The notes below the pieces were generated by a model. It was given only the letters and a program-made list of their open reading frames with translations, did not search any database and had not been told where the DNA came from. A stretch of DNA of 64,000 nucleotides from positions 81,406,001-81,470,000 of the forward strand of contig OZ024742.1 of assembly GCA_964016885.1 (NCBI GenBank). Reading direction: 5' to 3'. Both the position numbers and the translations under genes were made by a program. This document shows, piece after piece, positions 35,940 to 49,097 of the stretch (the first letter of the stretch is position 1; each line of letters opens with the position of its first letter). Source of the stretch: Eledone cirrhosa. Taxonomy: Eukaryota.

Positions 35940-38900
35940 TATAAATAAAAGGAATTCCAACTTTGTCTGATTTACTCGTTTTATTTACAATGATTTAAAC
36001 ATTTTAAAAATGTATAATGGTATTAGAATGAAATAGTATGGCAGAATATTAAATGTTAAGTGTTAATTGAACAAGTACTTTCATGCTTCCGCAATCTTCT
36101 GGTCATTTTGTGTGGTGACAGTCAAGTTTGCAATTTTCAACTGTAAAGAGATGGGTAAATTGTGTGCCTTATATACAGTGAAAAATGGCTCCAGAATGCC
36201 AAATCTTTCAAACTGCATATCGACCAATCGGTGTGTAGTTTCACTGGATTACTAAAGCAGATTGGTTTAGGCGTCACGGTTGGTTGAGCATGTCTAACGA
36301 CTACTAATTGACCCTATCGAAAGCATGAATTGTTTTGCTATTTTTAGAAATGATGAACATAGCATTTTCTAGTAATCATCACCATCAACATCACTTTTAT
36401 TATTATTATGGTTGTTGTTGTTGTTAGTGGTCGTAGTCATAGTCATAGTAGGATTAATATCCCATTATTATTGTTCATTTAGCTTGGATTTGAATTTATC
36501 AATAACATTCTTTTCTTTGATTTTTCGCTTGATTTCACTTGGGCTGTGTAATTTGTAGAATGGAAATATTATAAATATTCACTGACCACATGTTGCTCTA
36601 TGGCTACTTAGGGGTATCTGACGGACATTTGGGTCTCTGATTTGCTGTAGGTGTACTCGTGCACGTTCCGATAGAGTGTTTCCAGTTTGAGCGACATATA
36701 GTTCTTCACAATTCGGGCATTTATTGCAGTAAATTAGATTTCTGATTTTGCAGTTCATATTTGCATTTGGGAATATTTTTCCAGTTTTTGTTTTCATATA
36801 TTGACCGGCGTGTATGGATTGAAATGTGCCACATTTACTATCATTGCATTTAGATACAGTGAATGATTGGTATTTGTTGTTAATGTCAAACTTTGCTTTT
36901 GTTAGTAATTGCTTCAAATGTTTCGGCTGTCTTTTACTAAGACTCAATGATCGATCTGTGATTAAGCCTTTTAATTCATTACTTTGAATAATCATCGGTA
37001 GGTTTGCTTTGGCAGTGTTGAATATATTCTGGTGACATGGGTTGCGTGCCATTATAAATGGTATGACCAGTTCTTCGTTTCTTCTTCCTTGGGTTGTCCT
37101 AAGTTGTTGTATAGGTATTTTTATAGCCCGCTGTATGCCATTTTCTATAAGTAGAGATGGGTATTTTTAGATGTTAGGCGTTTGTACCTGGTATTCGTAT
37201 CTTCTACAATGGTACAAATTCTTCTGGCTAGGCAGTATGGGATGTTGCGTTTTGTATGAGGTGGATGGCACGACTTAAAATTCAGATATTGATGTGTGTC
37301 TGTGTGTTTATAATATATATCCGTGGTAATGGTGGTGTCGTTTTTGATTATCATTATATCTAGGAATGGTAATTTGGTACTAGTCATCTCTTTTGTGAAT
37401 TGGAGAGATGGGTGTAGGTTATTCAGGAGGATATTGCACTCATCCAGAGTATATAGAGATTCTGTCCAGATGATGAAACAGTCGCCAAGGTATCTCTTCC
37501 AAGATTTTTCAATGTACTTTCTAAAGTCAGTGCTATATTTATCCTCCTTTTCTGGTAGAGTTGTTGTTCTAAGTATAACATTACAGAGTTCGCGTAAACG
37601 GGAGCAAACTTCGTTCCCATCGCTGTGCCTCTAATTTGGATGTAATTATTTCCATTGAAGAAGAAAGTGTTGTTTTCCAGAATAAGTTTAACTGCGTCTA
37701 ATATAAATGGCGCTGTGAATCTGATGGGAATCACTTCTCTATCTTTTTCCACCCAGTATTTAACCGCCTTTATTCCTAAATTATGTGTAATGCTGGTGTA
37801 AAGGCTTACCACATCAAAACTAAGTAGAAGTGAATTCGTTTCTGTGGTTTTGGGAAGATGAGACAGGAAGTCGATATCATCCCGGATGAAACTGGGTATG
37901 TGAATACATAGTGGTTTCAAAATAATGTCAACAAAATTGCTTAGACGGTGGGTGGGGCATGTTGGACCAGCTATAATAGGTCTAAGTTTTAAGTCTTTTG
38001 GGTGTAGTAATTTAATGTACTCACTGTTGTGTTCTTTTACTGCCAGTTGTATTTCTTTTGACTTATGAACTTTCGGTAGACCATACAGGTTGCTGGGTTT
38101 TGGCTCAAAATTGGTGATGTAGTCTCTTTCCTTATCAGTAAGTGAGTTGCGGTATTTTGAAGCCAGGTTGTTGATCTTCTTCATGATGTTGTGGTCTATA
38201 TTTGACAGTATTTAATGATATAATGTTTTGCCTTTCAGTTGTTCCTCAACCAAATCTTTGTAGTATTCTGCATCCATTATAACAACTGCACCCCCTTTAT
38301 CTGCTTGTTTAATTATTATTGTTTTATCATTTTGTATACGTTTAAGTGCAGACATTTCTGATTTGTTTATGCTTGGCCTAACATTAGCATTACGTCTAAG
38401 AGGAAATTTAGACAGGATGTCAATGTATTGGTCGAGATAGATATTTCTTCCTTTTGGCGGAGTGAAATTTGATTTATTCTTTACTAGTGATTCATCACCC
38501 TCATTACTTTTATCAGCGAAGAATTCTACAAGACGTAATTTTCAACAGAATTATTGGGTATCCTCCTTCAGTTCTTGGTGGTTGACTGTTAGAGTCGGTG
38601 TGAATTTCAGTCCTTTTGACAGAATTTGCATTTCATCATTGTCAAGATCTCTTTTGAATAAATTAATTATTTTAGGATCTATGTGTACATTTGTTTTGGG
38701 TATGTTTCCTGCTGGAATTTTTCTTTTTCCGGTTTTTGTTGTCTTGACGTTAAAAAGTGGATTTTTCTCTGTTCAGGATTTATATTCCTGTTGGTGTTTG
38801 CTTGATGAACTTTTTGTCGTGATATTATATTTGGTTTCTACTCTATCTTCTCCAATAACTTCCTTTAAGAAATACATGGGTATTTAGATTTTAATCATTC
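35940..38900 (-). mobile_element. Penelope-like element (RT + GIY-YIG), decayed, near full coding length
   Basis: LYGLPKVHK, LRPIIAG, SFDVVSLYTSI, GTAMGTKFAPVYAN, LPFLDI, DIYYK.TDTHQYL...SCHP.HTKRNIP and NLIYC.KCPNCEELYVAQT...LSER..H, with several frameshifts. The 5' boundary is approximate. Confidence 0.93.
36066..36108 (-). ncRNA. Minimal hammerhead motif in the Penelope 3' pLTR (degenerate)
   Basis: Minus strand: AATGAC-CAGAAGA-T-TGC-GGAA-GCA-T-GAAA-GTAC-TT-GTTCAATT. U4>A change, GNRA loop 2, palindromic stem III. Confidence 0.6.
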
Positions 38901-39340
38901 TGCTCTGAGGAAATGTTAGTCGCAGCATTTGAAAATTGAGTTTCTGCAATCAAATATTTATTAATTATCAATTGCACAAAGCATGACTCGGCTGTATAAC
39001 TATTTTTGAAACATTTGTAAGCACTCGGAATAAATTACCTTTTTATGATGTCTACCTGTTATTATTCATTCTTTATCTACACTCCGGAATACAGAAGGAT
39101 CAGAAACTGAATTTTTCCGACTATTGTTCCATAACTCTTTCAGTAACCCCTCAGCATACGTCAACTCTATCTAGTGTAGTAATTAACCATTACTGCATTC
39201 AGAATAACCATAAGCATTTCTTGCATAACCCAATATATGTATATATATATATGTATATATATACATATATATATATATATATTTATATCATTTTTTTAAT
39301 TTATAATAAACGAAGCCACATTTTTCATATTTGACTTAAT

Positions 39341-39393
<53 letters not shown>

Positions 39394-39406
39394 ATTATTA
39401 TTATTG

Positions 39407-39451
<45 letters not shown>

Positions 39452-39524
39452 CTTGAATCTCAGTCATTGATGTTGGTTAACTGGAAAGTCCGTTGGATTG
39501 AATATCAAGCCACTACCTGCAGCC

Positions 39525-42500
39525 TCAGATATTCAGGACGTATCGGAGGGTTCTTGCCGTTCCAAGCAAGCATGCCTTTTGAAGCGTTCCAAAAAGCGTG
39601 AAGGGGCCGATTTTCTTTAACCATCCCTGGAAACCTTTGGAGATAGTCCCCAGTGCGCCTATGACAATCGGGATCACTTTGACTTCATGGCAGTTCCAAA
39701 TCCTTTTCACCTCCCACTTTAGGTCCTGGTATCGGTTAATTTTCTCCCTCTCCTTCTCTTGCACTCTCGTGTCGAACGGGCAGGCCACATCCACAATCAG
39801 GCACGATCTTTTTTCTTTGTCCACAACCACCAGGTCACGTCTATTGTGTTCCAGTTTTTTGTCCGTCTGTATCCTAAAATCCCACAGCACCTTCACCTGA
39901 CTGTTCTCCATCACCGCCTCTGGCCTATGCTCATACCATTTCTCAGAATGTGGTAGATTGTTTACTTTGCACAGGTGCCAGTGGATCACCCTGCCCATCA
40001 CATCGTGTCTCCAGCCCTTATAGTGGGTCTGGGCTAGGTGTTTACACTCGGACACAATGTGAGCCACAGTCTCCTCTCTCTCTCCACAGATCCTGCACAG
40101 TGGGCTAGCCTCCTCCTTGTAGATATGGTGCTTCAACCACTTCGTTTTGAGGGCCTGCACCTGCGCAGCCATTAGCATTCCTTCTGTAGCCTTTTTGAGG
40201 TCTCCTCTTCTCAACCAGTTCCATGTCTGTGGATCTCTAAATTCAGTTTTCTCAAAGAAGGTACTATGAACGGATTTTCCCTTAAGGCTGCTCTTCCTCC
40301 TTGATGTTATTTCCTCCTTGGGTATCCCCTGGCCTACTGTCCCCTCCTTCAGTACAGCTCTGAGCATTGGCTCCTTACTATAGGTCACGTATTTGTATAG
40401 GTTGTTTTTCTCCATCTGAACACAGTCCTCTATGCTGATAAGACCTCTTCCACCCTCAGATCTCCTTAGGTAGAGTCTATCGACATCACTCCTCTTGTGG
40501 AACATGTTGTAGATAGTCAATAGCTTCCTAGTCTTCCTATCCATTTCTTTTTGTTCAGCAACATTCCATCTCAGGATTCCCGCACTGTACCTAATAATAG
40601 ACACAGCACGGGAATTTACTGCGCTTATGGCATTTCTGCTGTTCAGATGTGACTTCAATACGCTCCTTACTCTCCGAATGTATTCAGTTCTTAACAATTC
40701 CTTCATTTTTTTGTTCTTTATGCCATCAGCCTCCAGAACGCCCAAATACTTGTATCCTTCCTCAGAGTCAATTTCCTTTATCATCTCACCTGTCTCACTT
40801 TTCCCGAAGAGCTTAAGATCGTCCATGAAGAGGAGGTGATTGATGGTAAGCTCTCCCCTTCCCAACTTGTATCCTGCTCTCACTTTTCGCAGCATAATGG
40901 TCAAGGGCATCAGGGCAAGGACAAACAACAGAGGGGACAGGCTATTTCCCTGGAAGATACCTCTCTTGATCTTCACGCTTCCCAAGGATACTCCAGTTGA
41001 TGTCAACTCTGTCTCCCAGGACCCCATACTCCTGCCCAGCAACTGTCTGATGTTATCTGCCACCCTGAAGATCTCCAGGCTTTTGGTGATCCAGGAATGA
41101 GGCACCATGTCAAATGCCTTTCTGTAGTCTATCCATCCCATGGCAAGATCAGTGTGTCTCCTCCTGCAATTCCCCATTACCATCTTATCAATAAGCAACT
41201 GGTCCTTTGTACCACGTGACTTCTTTCGGCATCCTTTCTGTTCGTCCGGCAACAAGTTGTTTGTGTGGAGGTGATGGTAGATTTCCTCAGACACAATGCT
41301 CGTCAACAGTTTCCACATTACGGGCAGACATGTGATAGGTCTATAGTTGGTAACATCATTACCCTTGATTCGGTCTTTCATTATCAGAACTGTGGTACCT
41401 TTTGTCAACCACTCTGGCACCTCACCCGACACCAAGCAGTCATTGAACATGGCCGTCAGCTTCGGGTGGAGGGATGTTAAATGTTTAATCCAATACCCCT
41501 GCACACCATCTGGGCCTGGTGATTTCCAGTTGGTTAGTTTTTTGGCTTGCCCCTTAAGAGTTTCAACTGTGATACTCAAATCAGTCTGTTGCTGTGCCTG
41601 CTCACCGATCTCCCTCTGTACTGTCTCAATCCACCCTGCCTGGGCATTGTGTCTAACATCCTGCTCCCATATTCCTCTCCAGAATGTTTTAGCTTGTTCC
41701 GCCCCAGGGATCAAGTCGTTGCCTATTTCTTTCCCCTCAAGCTGTCCAAACAGCATCTTCTGGTTGTTGTCGAACATGCGGTTCTGTTTATACTGACTGA
41801 CTCTGTTCTCGTATCGCCTGATTTTGGCACTCTTTGCTACAATGCGTTGCTTCAATTCCTCTATGATAATAATTAGCTTTTTACTCCTAGTTTTGTATTT
41901 TATTTCCAGTCTATTTTTAGTGCCTATGTTTTTTAGTGTCCCATTCAGTAGTGACTCAAGCTTTCCTATGTCATTTCTCATTTCCCCGATTTGCCCACTC
42001 AGTCGCTTCCTCCACCACGGCTCTGCTCTTTCTTGTCTGTTGTTTCCTCTCGCTTTTATACCAAGTAGTTTCCTCACCGTATTTGCTGTTGCTTTGAGGA
42101 TACTGTTGCACTGGTGAAGACTCCTCTCCTCAAGGTATGGGATGACTTTGTTTACCTTAGCTGTTGTTTCTTTTAACTTTTTTCCTGTCTACAAATCTTA
42201 GGTTCATAGGTCTCCCACTATCATTGTTCAACTCACCTACCACTAAATTTAGGATGTCAACCGAATCTTGTCCTAGCCCGTCAGCATTCATCTCCTCAGT
42301 GGCCGTATCTCTGTTCCAGGTATTATTTATCTCAGTATTCAGATCATTGTCTGCTTCGGGTGGTTCCTCCGTTCTCAGGACCTCCTCACCTTCATTTCCC
42401 GCCGGCTCGCTTGTCTGGCATACTACACCCGCCATCTCCAAGCCATTCTCTCTGCTCAGTTCCTCCAGTTCCAGCTCGCTTATCCACCCATTAGTTCTTA

Positions 42501-42783
42501 TTACCCGAGCCTGCCCGGCCAATTTTTGTTCATCTAATTTAAATAAACCAATCTCGTTCCAGATGTTATGCATCCGTCTCCTGTAGCCCCTCTCCTTGGG
42601 GTTACTTTTCAGGTAGCATTGCATAACAGTTCTATTCAATTCTTTCGTCCAGTTGGTTCTGGCCCCTTTCCTTCTTCTTCTTCCTCCAACATCAGCAGTA
42701 TTTGGTTGACAGTCAGGTTCCTGCTGCTGAGCCAGGGGGCACCTGTTGGGTGAGAGTCTGTCACATGACGTTCTAGTCTCCAT
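39525..42783 (-). pseudogene. R4-type ORF (N-terminal domain, RT, zinc knuckle, restriction-like endonuclease) with one frameshift and an in-frame deletion
   Basis: 208-aa and 850-aa ORFs with KSPGPDGV, YRPITCL, WIDYRKAFD, QGNSLSP, FMDDLK, CRICG..EETVAHI..EC and RHD...R.DLVVVDK..IVDVACPFD..EKINRY. About 45 codons are missing after GKSE relative to the sister copies. Confidence 0.93.
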
Positions 42784-43333
42784 TTCACCGTTATTCGAAC
42801 TGTTTATGTTCGATATTTAAACACTCTTATCGAGGATTGGCGAATGTATGTTTACATAGCCATCTGTGGATCCGCCATCCCACTTGGCCCTTGTGTGGCA
42901 TTATCACCACGCTGTATACGGACACACATAAACAAACAAACACACGGGCAGAAAGGGCCCCAAAAATGAATAAGCATAAGTTTCATTGTAATGTAGTATT
43001 CGAATGTCTGACTTAGTTTTTGTTTTTTAAGTTTTACTTTTTCCCCCCTCTTCTCTGTCCGTCCGCCTGCTTCTCTCTTCATTCTTATTTTCTTTACGTT
43101 TTTGGGGTTTCTTTTTTTGTTTTTGTTTTTCTCTGTTTTTCTCGTTTTTTACTGTTGTTGCTGTGCTGCTTTTGTTGTTTGTTTTTTCTTTTTTCTTTTG
43201 AGTCTATCTATATATTTTGATGCCTTCCTCTTTGTTAGTAGTAGGAATTCTATAATGAGACTGGCGGCGTTGGCGATACTGAGACAGTGGTGGTGGTGAT
43301 GTCGGTACCGAGGCAGTGGTGGCGGTGATGCGA

Positions 43334-43980
43334 CCGTATTACTGTAGTGATAGTGCTGTAGCGGTGGCAGCAGCAGTGAAGGAGTCAAGGGGTGGTGGCG
43401 GCGGTGATGGGATAGTGGTGGTAATGATGGCCGTAGTGAGCGGTGGCGGTGAAGGTGAAAATGCTGTTGTGTTTAGTGTACACAGATGATGGGGTGGGTG
43501 GTGTATCTAGTTTCTGGTGTTGGTGAGTTTCGCTGTCCTATATAGTGTAGCCAGAGGAGAGGAGGGGGGGGGGGGTTCTTCTTCTTCCATTTATAGCCAT
43601 TTTATTTTTTTTTGGATATACAGTGTACAATACGAAGTTGAATATTTGAATATTTGAGCCGTATTACTGTAGTGATGGTGCTGTAGCGGTGGCAGCAGCA
43701 GTGAAGGAGTCAAGGGGTGGTGGCGGCGGTAATGGGATAGTGGTGGTAATGATGGCCGTAGTGAGCGGTGGCGGTGAAAGTGAAAATGCTGTTGTGTTTA
43801 GTGTACACAGATGATGGGGTGGGTGGTGTATCTAGTTTCTGGTGTTGGTGAGTTTAGCTGTCCTATATAGTGTAGCCAGAGGAGAGGAGGGGGGGGGGTT
43901 CTTCTTCTTCCATTTATAGCCATTTTTTCTTTTGGATATACAGTGTACAATACAAAGTTGAATATTTGAATATTTGAGCC
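43334..43980. repeat. 325-bp tandem duplication in the R4 5' region
   Basis: CCGTATTACTGTAGTGAT...TATTTGAGCC starts at both 43334 and 43659. Confidence 0.95.
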
Positions 43981-44147
43981 TTATAACAATATATTTTGGG
44001 TCCGAATTTTTTTGGGGCTCAAGCCGGGTGCTTTACGTAGCATTTGTACTAAGAGTTGTTATTTCACAAATGATTTAAATATGTTAAAAATTCAAAACTT
44101 ACGGGAGCGATTTCATGACCTCCGTCACCTCGTGCGTCTTCTTCCCA

Positions 44148-44223
<76 letters not shown>

Positions 44224-44234
44224 TTTATTGTTCT

Positions 44235-44844
44235 TTGAGTCTCAGTCAATGATGTTATTTAACTCGAAAGTTTGTTGAAATGAATATCAAGCAGCTACCT
44301 GTAGCCTCAGCTATTCAGGACGTATCGGAGCGTTCATGCTGTTCCCAGCAAGCATGCATTTTGAAGTGTTCCAAAAAGCCAGTACGCCTATGAAATTCAG
44401 GACCACTCTGACTGCATGGCAGTTTCAAATCCTTTTTAACTCCCACTATAAGTCCTGGTATCAGTTAATATTCTCCCTCTCCTTTTCTTGCACTCTCGTA
44501 TCAAATGGGCAGGCTAGATCCACAATCAGGAACAATCTTTTTTCCTTGTCCAAAACCTCCAGGTCAGGCATATTGTGTTCTAATTACTTGTTCGTCTGTA
44601 TCCTAAAATCCCATAGCACCTTCCCCTTTCGTTTTCTATCACCGACTCTGGTTATGCTCATAACTTCTCAGAATGTGGTAAATTGTTTACGTTGCATAGA
44701 TGCCTGTGGATCAGCCTGCCTATCACATCATGTCTCCAACCTTTAGAGTGAGTCTGTGCTAGTTGTTTATAATCGGATATAATGTGAGCCACAGTCTCCT
44801 CTCTCTCTCTCCCTCTCTCTCTCTCTATCCTTCTCTCTCTCTCT

Positions 44845-44896
<52 letters not shown>

Positions 44897-44932
44897 CTCT
44901 CTCTCCACAGATCCTACACAGTGAGCTAGCCC
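44235..44932 (-). mobile_element. R4/Dong-type 3' fragment with an internal (GA)n expansion
   Basis: LCRICGERE[(GA)n][22 protein letters not shown], with the same 3' UTR as 39452-39525. Confidence 0.9.
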
Positions 44933-47900
44933 ACAACAACAAAACACACACACCCAGCAACAATGACAAGAAAATAGCAGAACCACGCCCCACCCTCACC
45001 AAAAGAAATGCACAGCAATAAATACACAGCAATAAATACACACAACAAGAAACTAATGACTTACATAATAGAACACACAGACATTTCACAGCACGACTAC
45101 ATAATACCAGCACCAATCAAAACACCAACGAACATAAGACTGGGAAGAATATCAAAGAAACAATACACAAACATTAAAAAGAAATTCCCCAACGCAGTTG
45201 GTGATTTCAGAGACCTAGGAGGGACACTCATCCAGAAAGTATATTCGGATATACTCACAGAAGAGCCGACGACCAGCCGAAGGGACGATTCAATGGTCCC
45301 TTAAGCAGACAATCAAGGTAAGTGATCCTTTCTCACTTTCCCCATTCCTCACCCAACATGGCCTTATTCAGGATAGGAAGTGTAAACCTGCGTGGCTTGA
45401 GCTCGGTTTGGAAGCAGGGTCTCTTGCTTAACGACTTCAGGTCACTAAACATAGATGTGGTGGCCATCAGCGAGACGAGAATCTCCGAAACGCAAGCCTT
45501 CGCACCGATCTTCAACGGTTACGAGGTGTACGCATCTCCGAGGCGTCTGGGAGCGGGGGGGGGGGCTGTGTTGTTTCTGGAAGGCTTGGGTCTCGCCCTA
45601 CGGACCATCTTCCTGGACCCAGAAGGTAAGTTGATGGTGCTGGACGTAAGCGGCACTGAAGGCAACGCTTTCAGGCCAGTAGCCGTCTATGCTCCGACAG
45701 GGACAGAAGGGCCAGATTTCTTTAGACGGCTAGAGACCTTTCTTGGAACGTCCCGCTCTTTAGTGATAGTGGGCGACTGGAACGGTATCTTGGATGCACG
45801 CTGGGATTGTGTGGGGCTAGTGGATAGGGGAGGAGGGTGTAAGAGCCTCACCAAACTGCTCAGACGTTTTGAATTGTCTGACAGGTATCGACTCGATCAG
45901 CCGAATGTGCCAATGTGGACATGGAAAAACCGCATCTGGTCATCCAGATCGTATCTCGATAGGGTTTTCTACAGAGAACTGGATACGGCTAGTATAAGTT
46001 GTCCACAATTTAATATATTCGATTCCACAGACCACAAATTTGTGATCTGTGAAATCGACATAGACAGACTTCATAGACAAGGCCCTGGTTACTGGAAGCT
46101 GAACGCGTCTTTCCCGGCGCGCAAAGCCTACAGAGACCGGATTAGCGTATTAGTTAGGCGGGCGTTGACGGGAGCGGTCGTCAACAACAGGCGTGGTTCG
46201 CCCTGAAAAGGGCAATTAAAGTAGAGTCGATTAGGTTTAGCAAAGGACTAGTGATAGAAGAAAATAGAGTAGAGGGAGAGCTAGTCAGAAAGTTAGAAGA
46301 GGCGTTTAGGACAGGCATCGCAACCGACGTGCCTGCTGCGAGATTGGTACTCGACCAATTATTCAACGCAAAACATGAAGGCTGTGTTGTCAGAGCAAGA
46401 GCGCGTGCTCTGAAACACGAGGGGATAAAAGCCGTCCAATGGGCCCGGGTGGAAGAGGCGCGACGGGGCAACAAAGGCACAATTCGGTCTTTGTCTGACC
46501 AAATCGTATGCGTATTGCTCGATCCTGAGCAGATGTGTGAAGCCTTTAAGCAGCACTTTGCTGAACTGTTCGGGAGCAGCGGCGACCCGGATCGGGGCAT
46601 GGACTACAGTGCATACCACGACGGACTGCTAGGCTCACGACGACCGCGCCACAGTGTTGCGAAAAGCCAATAACAGCCAGTAAAATACGGGAAGCGATGG
46701 CTAACCGCACGAAGGGTAAATTGCCAGGTTTGGATGGTCTGCCCGACGAGCTTTATCCATTTATGCCGGACTTGTTCGGTGAAATCTTGGCAGACCTCTA
46801 CTGCAACTGGCAGCAGAACGGGAGCATTCCAGATGTGTGAGCCGGGGAGCGGTGGCGCTGCTGAGAAAAGACCCGATCAAGGGGGATGTTATCGATCATT
46901 TTAGTCCCATAAGACTGCTAAACGCAAAGTTCAAGATTTTAGCCAAGGTGTTAGCACGAGGTTGGAGCTTGTCGTCAAGGATCTGGTGGGAGAGGCGCAG
47001 ACATCTGCCATTCCATACAGATCCATACACGACAACCTCCACCTCATGCGATACATCATAGAGAGGGTGGTTAAGGAACCTGGCACGGGTGGGGCCCTGA
47101 TCAACTTGGATCAATCCAAAGCATTCGATAGGGTCGACTATCGGTACCTGGCGGCTGTCCTCGTGGCAGCCGGTTTCGGGCGCGTTTTCAGGGGTTGGTT
47201 CGCTGGGATGTACAACGACATCTGCTCAGTTGTGAGGGTGAACGATCAGCTGTCGCACCCGTTCAGCATCATGGGCTCGGTCGGCCAGGGTTGTCCCCTC
47301 TCGTCCCTCTTGTACGTATTGGCTCTCGAGCCGTTACTGCACAAACTGGGGGCGATGAGGGGCGTTCCACGCGAACTAGGATGCGGGAAATCCGAGTCGG
47401 CTTACGTCGACGATTTCACCGTTGTGGTGTCCAGCACCAGACATGTCCATATACTCGGCACCGCTCTCAAGGAATAGGAAGTGGTGACAGGAGTAAAGAT
47501 AAACCAGGAAAAGTCGGTGGGCTTGCAGCTCGGCACCTGGAGAGGCAAGTCCATGCCGTCCGAGAGCGTCGTGGGGTGTTGGACGGACGGACCGGTTAAA
47601 TTGCTCGGGGTCAGGTTTGGACCGGACCTCCAGATGGAGAATAACTGTAACGAGGTGACGAGCAAGGAGGCCTCCCTCACCCAGAAATGGGCCGAGAGGA
47701 AGCTGTCCCTGAAAGGCCGGACGGAGGTGGCGAATGCGTACATCGCATCCGTCATCTGCTAACGCCTCACCGTCATCCCTTGGTCCGGCCCAACTCTCAC
47801 CAAAATGGAGCGCCTCCTCTTCCGCTTTCTGCGGAAGGAACGCGCTCCCATGGTCAGACGATCCATCTCCCGATAACACCAGTGATGTAGAGGTCTGGGC

Positions 47901-49078
47901 GTGCCATGGCTGATGATGCGCAAACATGCGCTGAGGCTGCGGCATCTCTGGTGTTTCCTTGACGGTGAACAGGTGTGGTCGCCGTTCGCCAGGAACGTTT
48001 TCCCACAGCTCGTCTCCTTGATGGAGCTGCAGTCCTGGGTCAGGAAAAGACTGAGGGATAGCGCTTGGAAACTGGAATGTCTGCAGGCCCTCACTTCCCT
48101 CTGCAATCTGGGCACCAGTATCGGTGGAACATCCACCTCGGCGTTCTATAGAGGACTAATGGAGGAGAAAGAGCGACGACGTTCTGCGAGAGATCTTGGG
48201 CGTCGAAGAAGATCAGCAGTTTGGTCTATTCCGGAGAACTTTCAGCCCAGGGCCTATGGATAACTTCCAAAATTCCTGGCCTGGCAGTGCTACCGAGGAG
48301 CGTTGCGGGTTCGAGATAGGCTCTACAGGCACGGAAGTGCCGTCAGCCGAGCCTGTCCGAGATGTGTGCAGAGCGACGAAACCGTCGTCCAAGCACCCAT
48401 TCAGAGCCCGAGCATCGCTGACTTGTGGAGCTATGTCGAACAGTTGCTGTCTCGTGTAGGACTGATCCGGTTATCGATGAGTCCATTGTGCAGATGGTCT
48501 CTTTCGAGGAGGAAGGGCAGGCCGTTTTCATCTGCCTGGTGGCCATGGCGAAAGAGATTGTGTGGTGGACAATGTTAAAAGGGTTAAAGACAGATACTTT
48601 CCTCTTCGCCGAATCCCTAATTAACTTTTTCAAGTTGCACTTGAAGAGGAAAATCAGGGTGGAGAGGCAAGTGCTGCTTTCTAGCAAGTTTGTTGAAAGG
48701 TGGGTGAATGTAGGGGAGAATGGTCCGAGTAAACAGGACCGCTCTGAATATACGCCTGTAGTTTAAGAAATGGAAAAATTGAGAGAGCGCACTTGCCCTG
48801 TTGGTCAGGATGGCTGTGGTCCTTTGTGTGGCGTTCGCAACGAGTAATCCTCGGAGGTTTCCCACTTTTTGGGGAATTTTTCATTGTTTCAATTTTAATT
48901 TTTATTGTTTATATATATATATATATATATTTCTGTCTTTCTTTTCCTTTTTTATATAAATAATAAAAAAGAAAATCTTTACAAGCACAAAACCCACATC
49001 GTACCGTTCTGTACCGGCCTGTGCCGTCTGTAATGTGTTTATCTTGATGTCAGCCCTTGTGGCCAATAAATAAATCAT
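44933..49078 (+). mobile_element. Tx1/L1-clade LINE: end of ORF1 plus complete but disrupted ORF2 (APE, RT, zinc finger) and 3' UTR
   Basis: GSVNLRGL, AISETR, AVYAP, GDWNG, SYLDR, TDHK, GYWKLN; NLDQSKAFDRV, GQGCPLS, AYVDD; CPRC...ET. Ends CCCTTGTGGCCAATAAATAAATC(ATT)n. Confidence 0.93.
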
Positions 49079-49097
49079 TATTATTATTATTATTTTT

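Larger units (their letters stand above)
39452..44150 (-). mobile_element. R4/Dong-type non-LTR retrotransposon, apparently full length (~4.7 kb), inserted in (TAA)n
   Basis: Long (TAA)n tracts on both sides, a single RT-CCHC-RLE ORF, and a 5' end GGGAAGAAGACGCACGAGG at ~44146. Confidence 0.95.

Noticed and set aside
39598-42753. Numerous antisense ORFs over the R4 and Tx1 elements
   Set aside because: They are shadow frames of the retrotransposon ORFs with no independent motifs.
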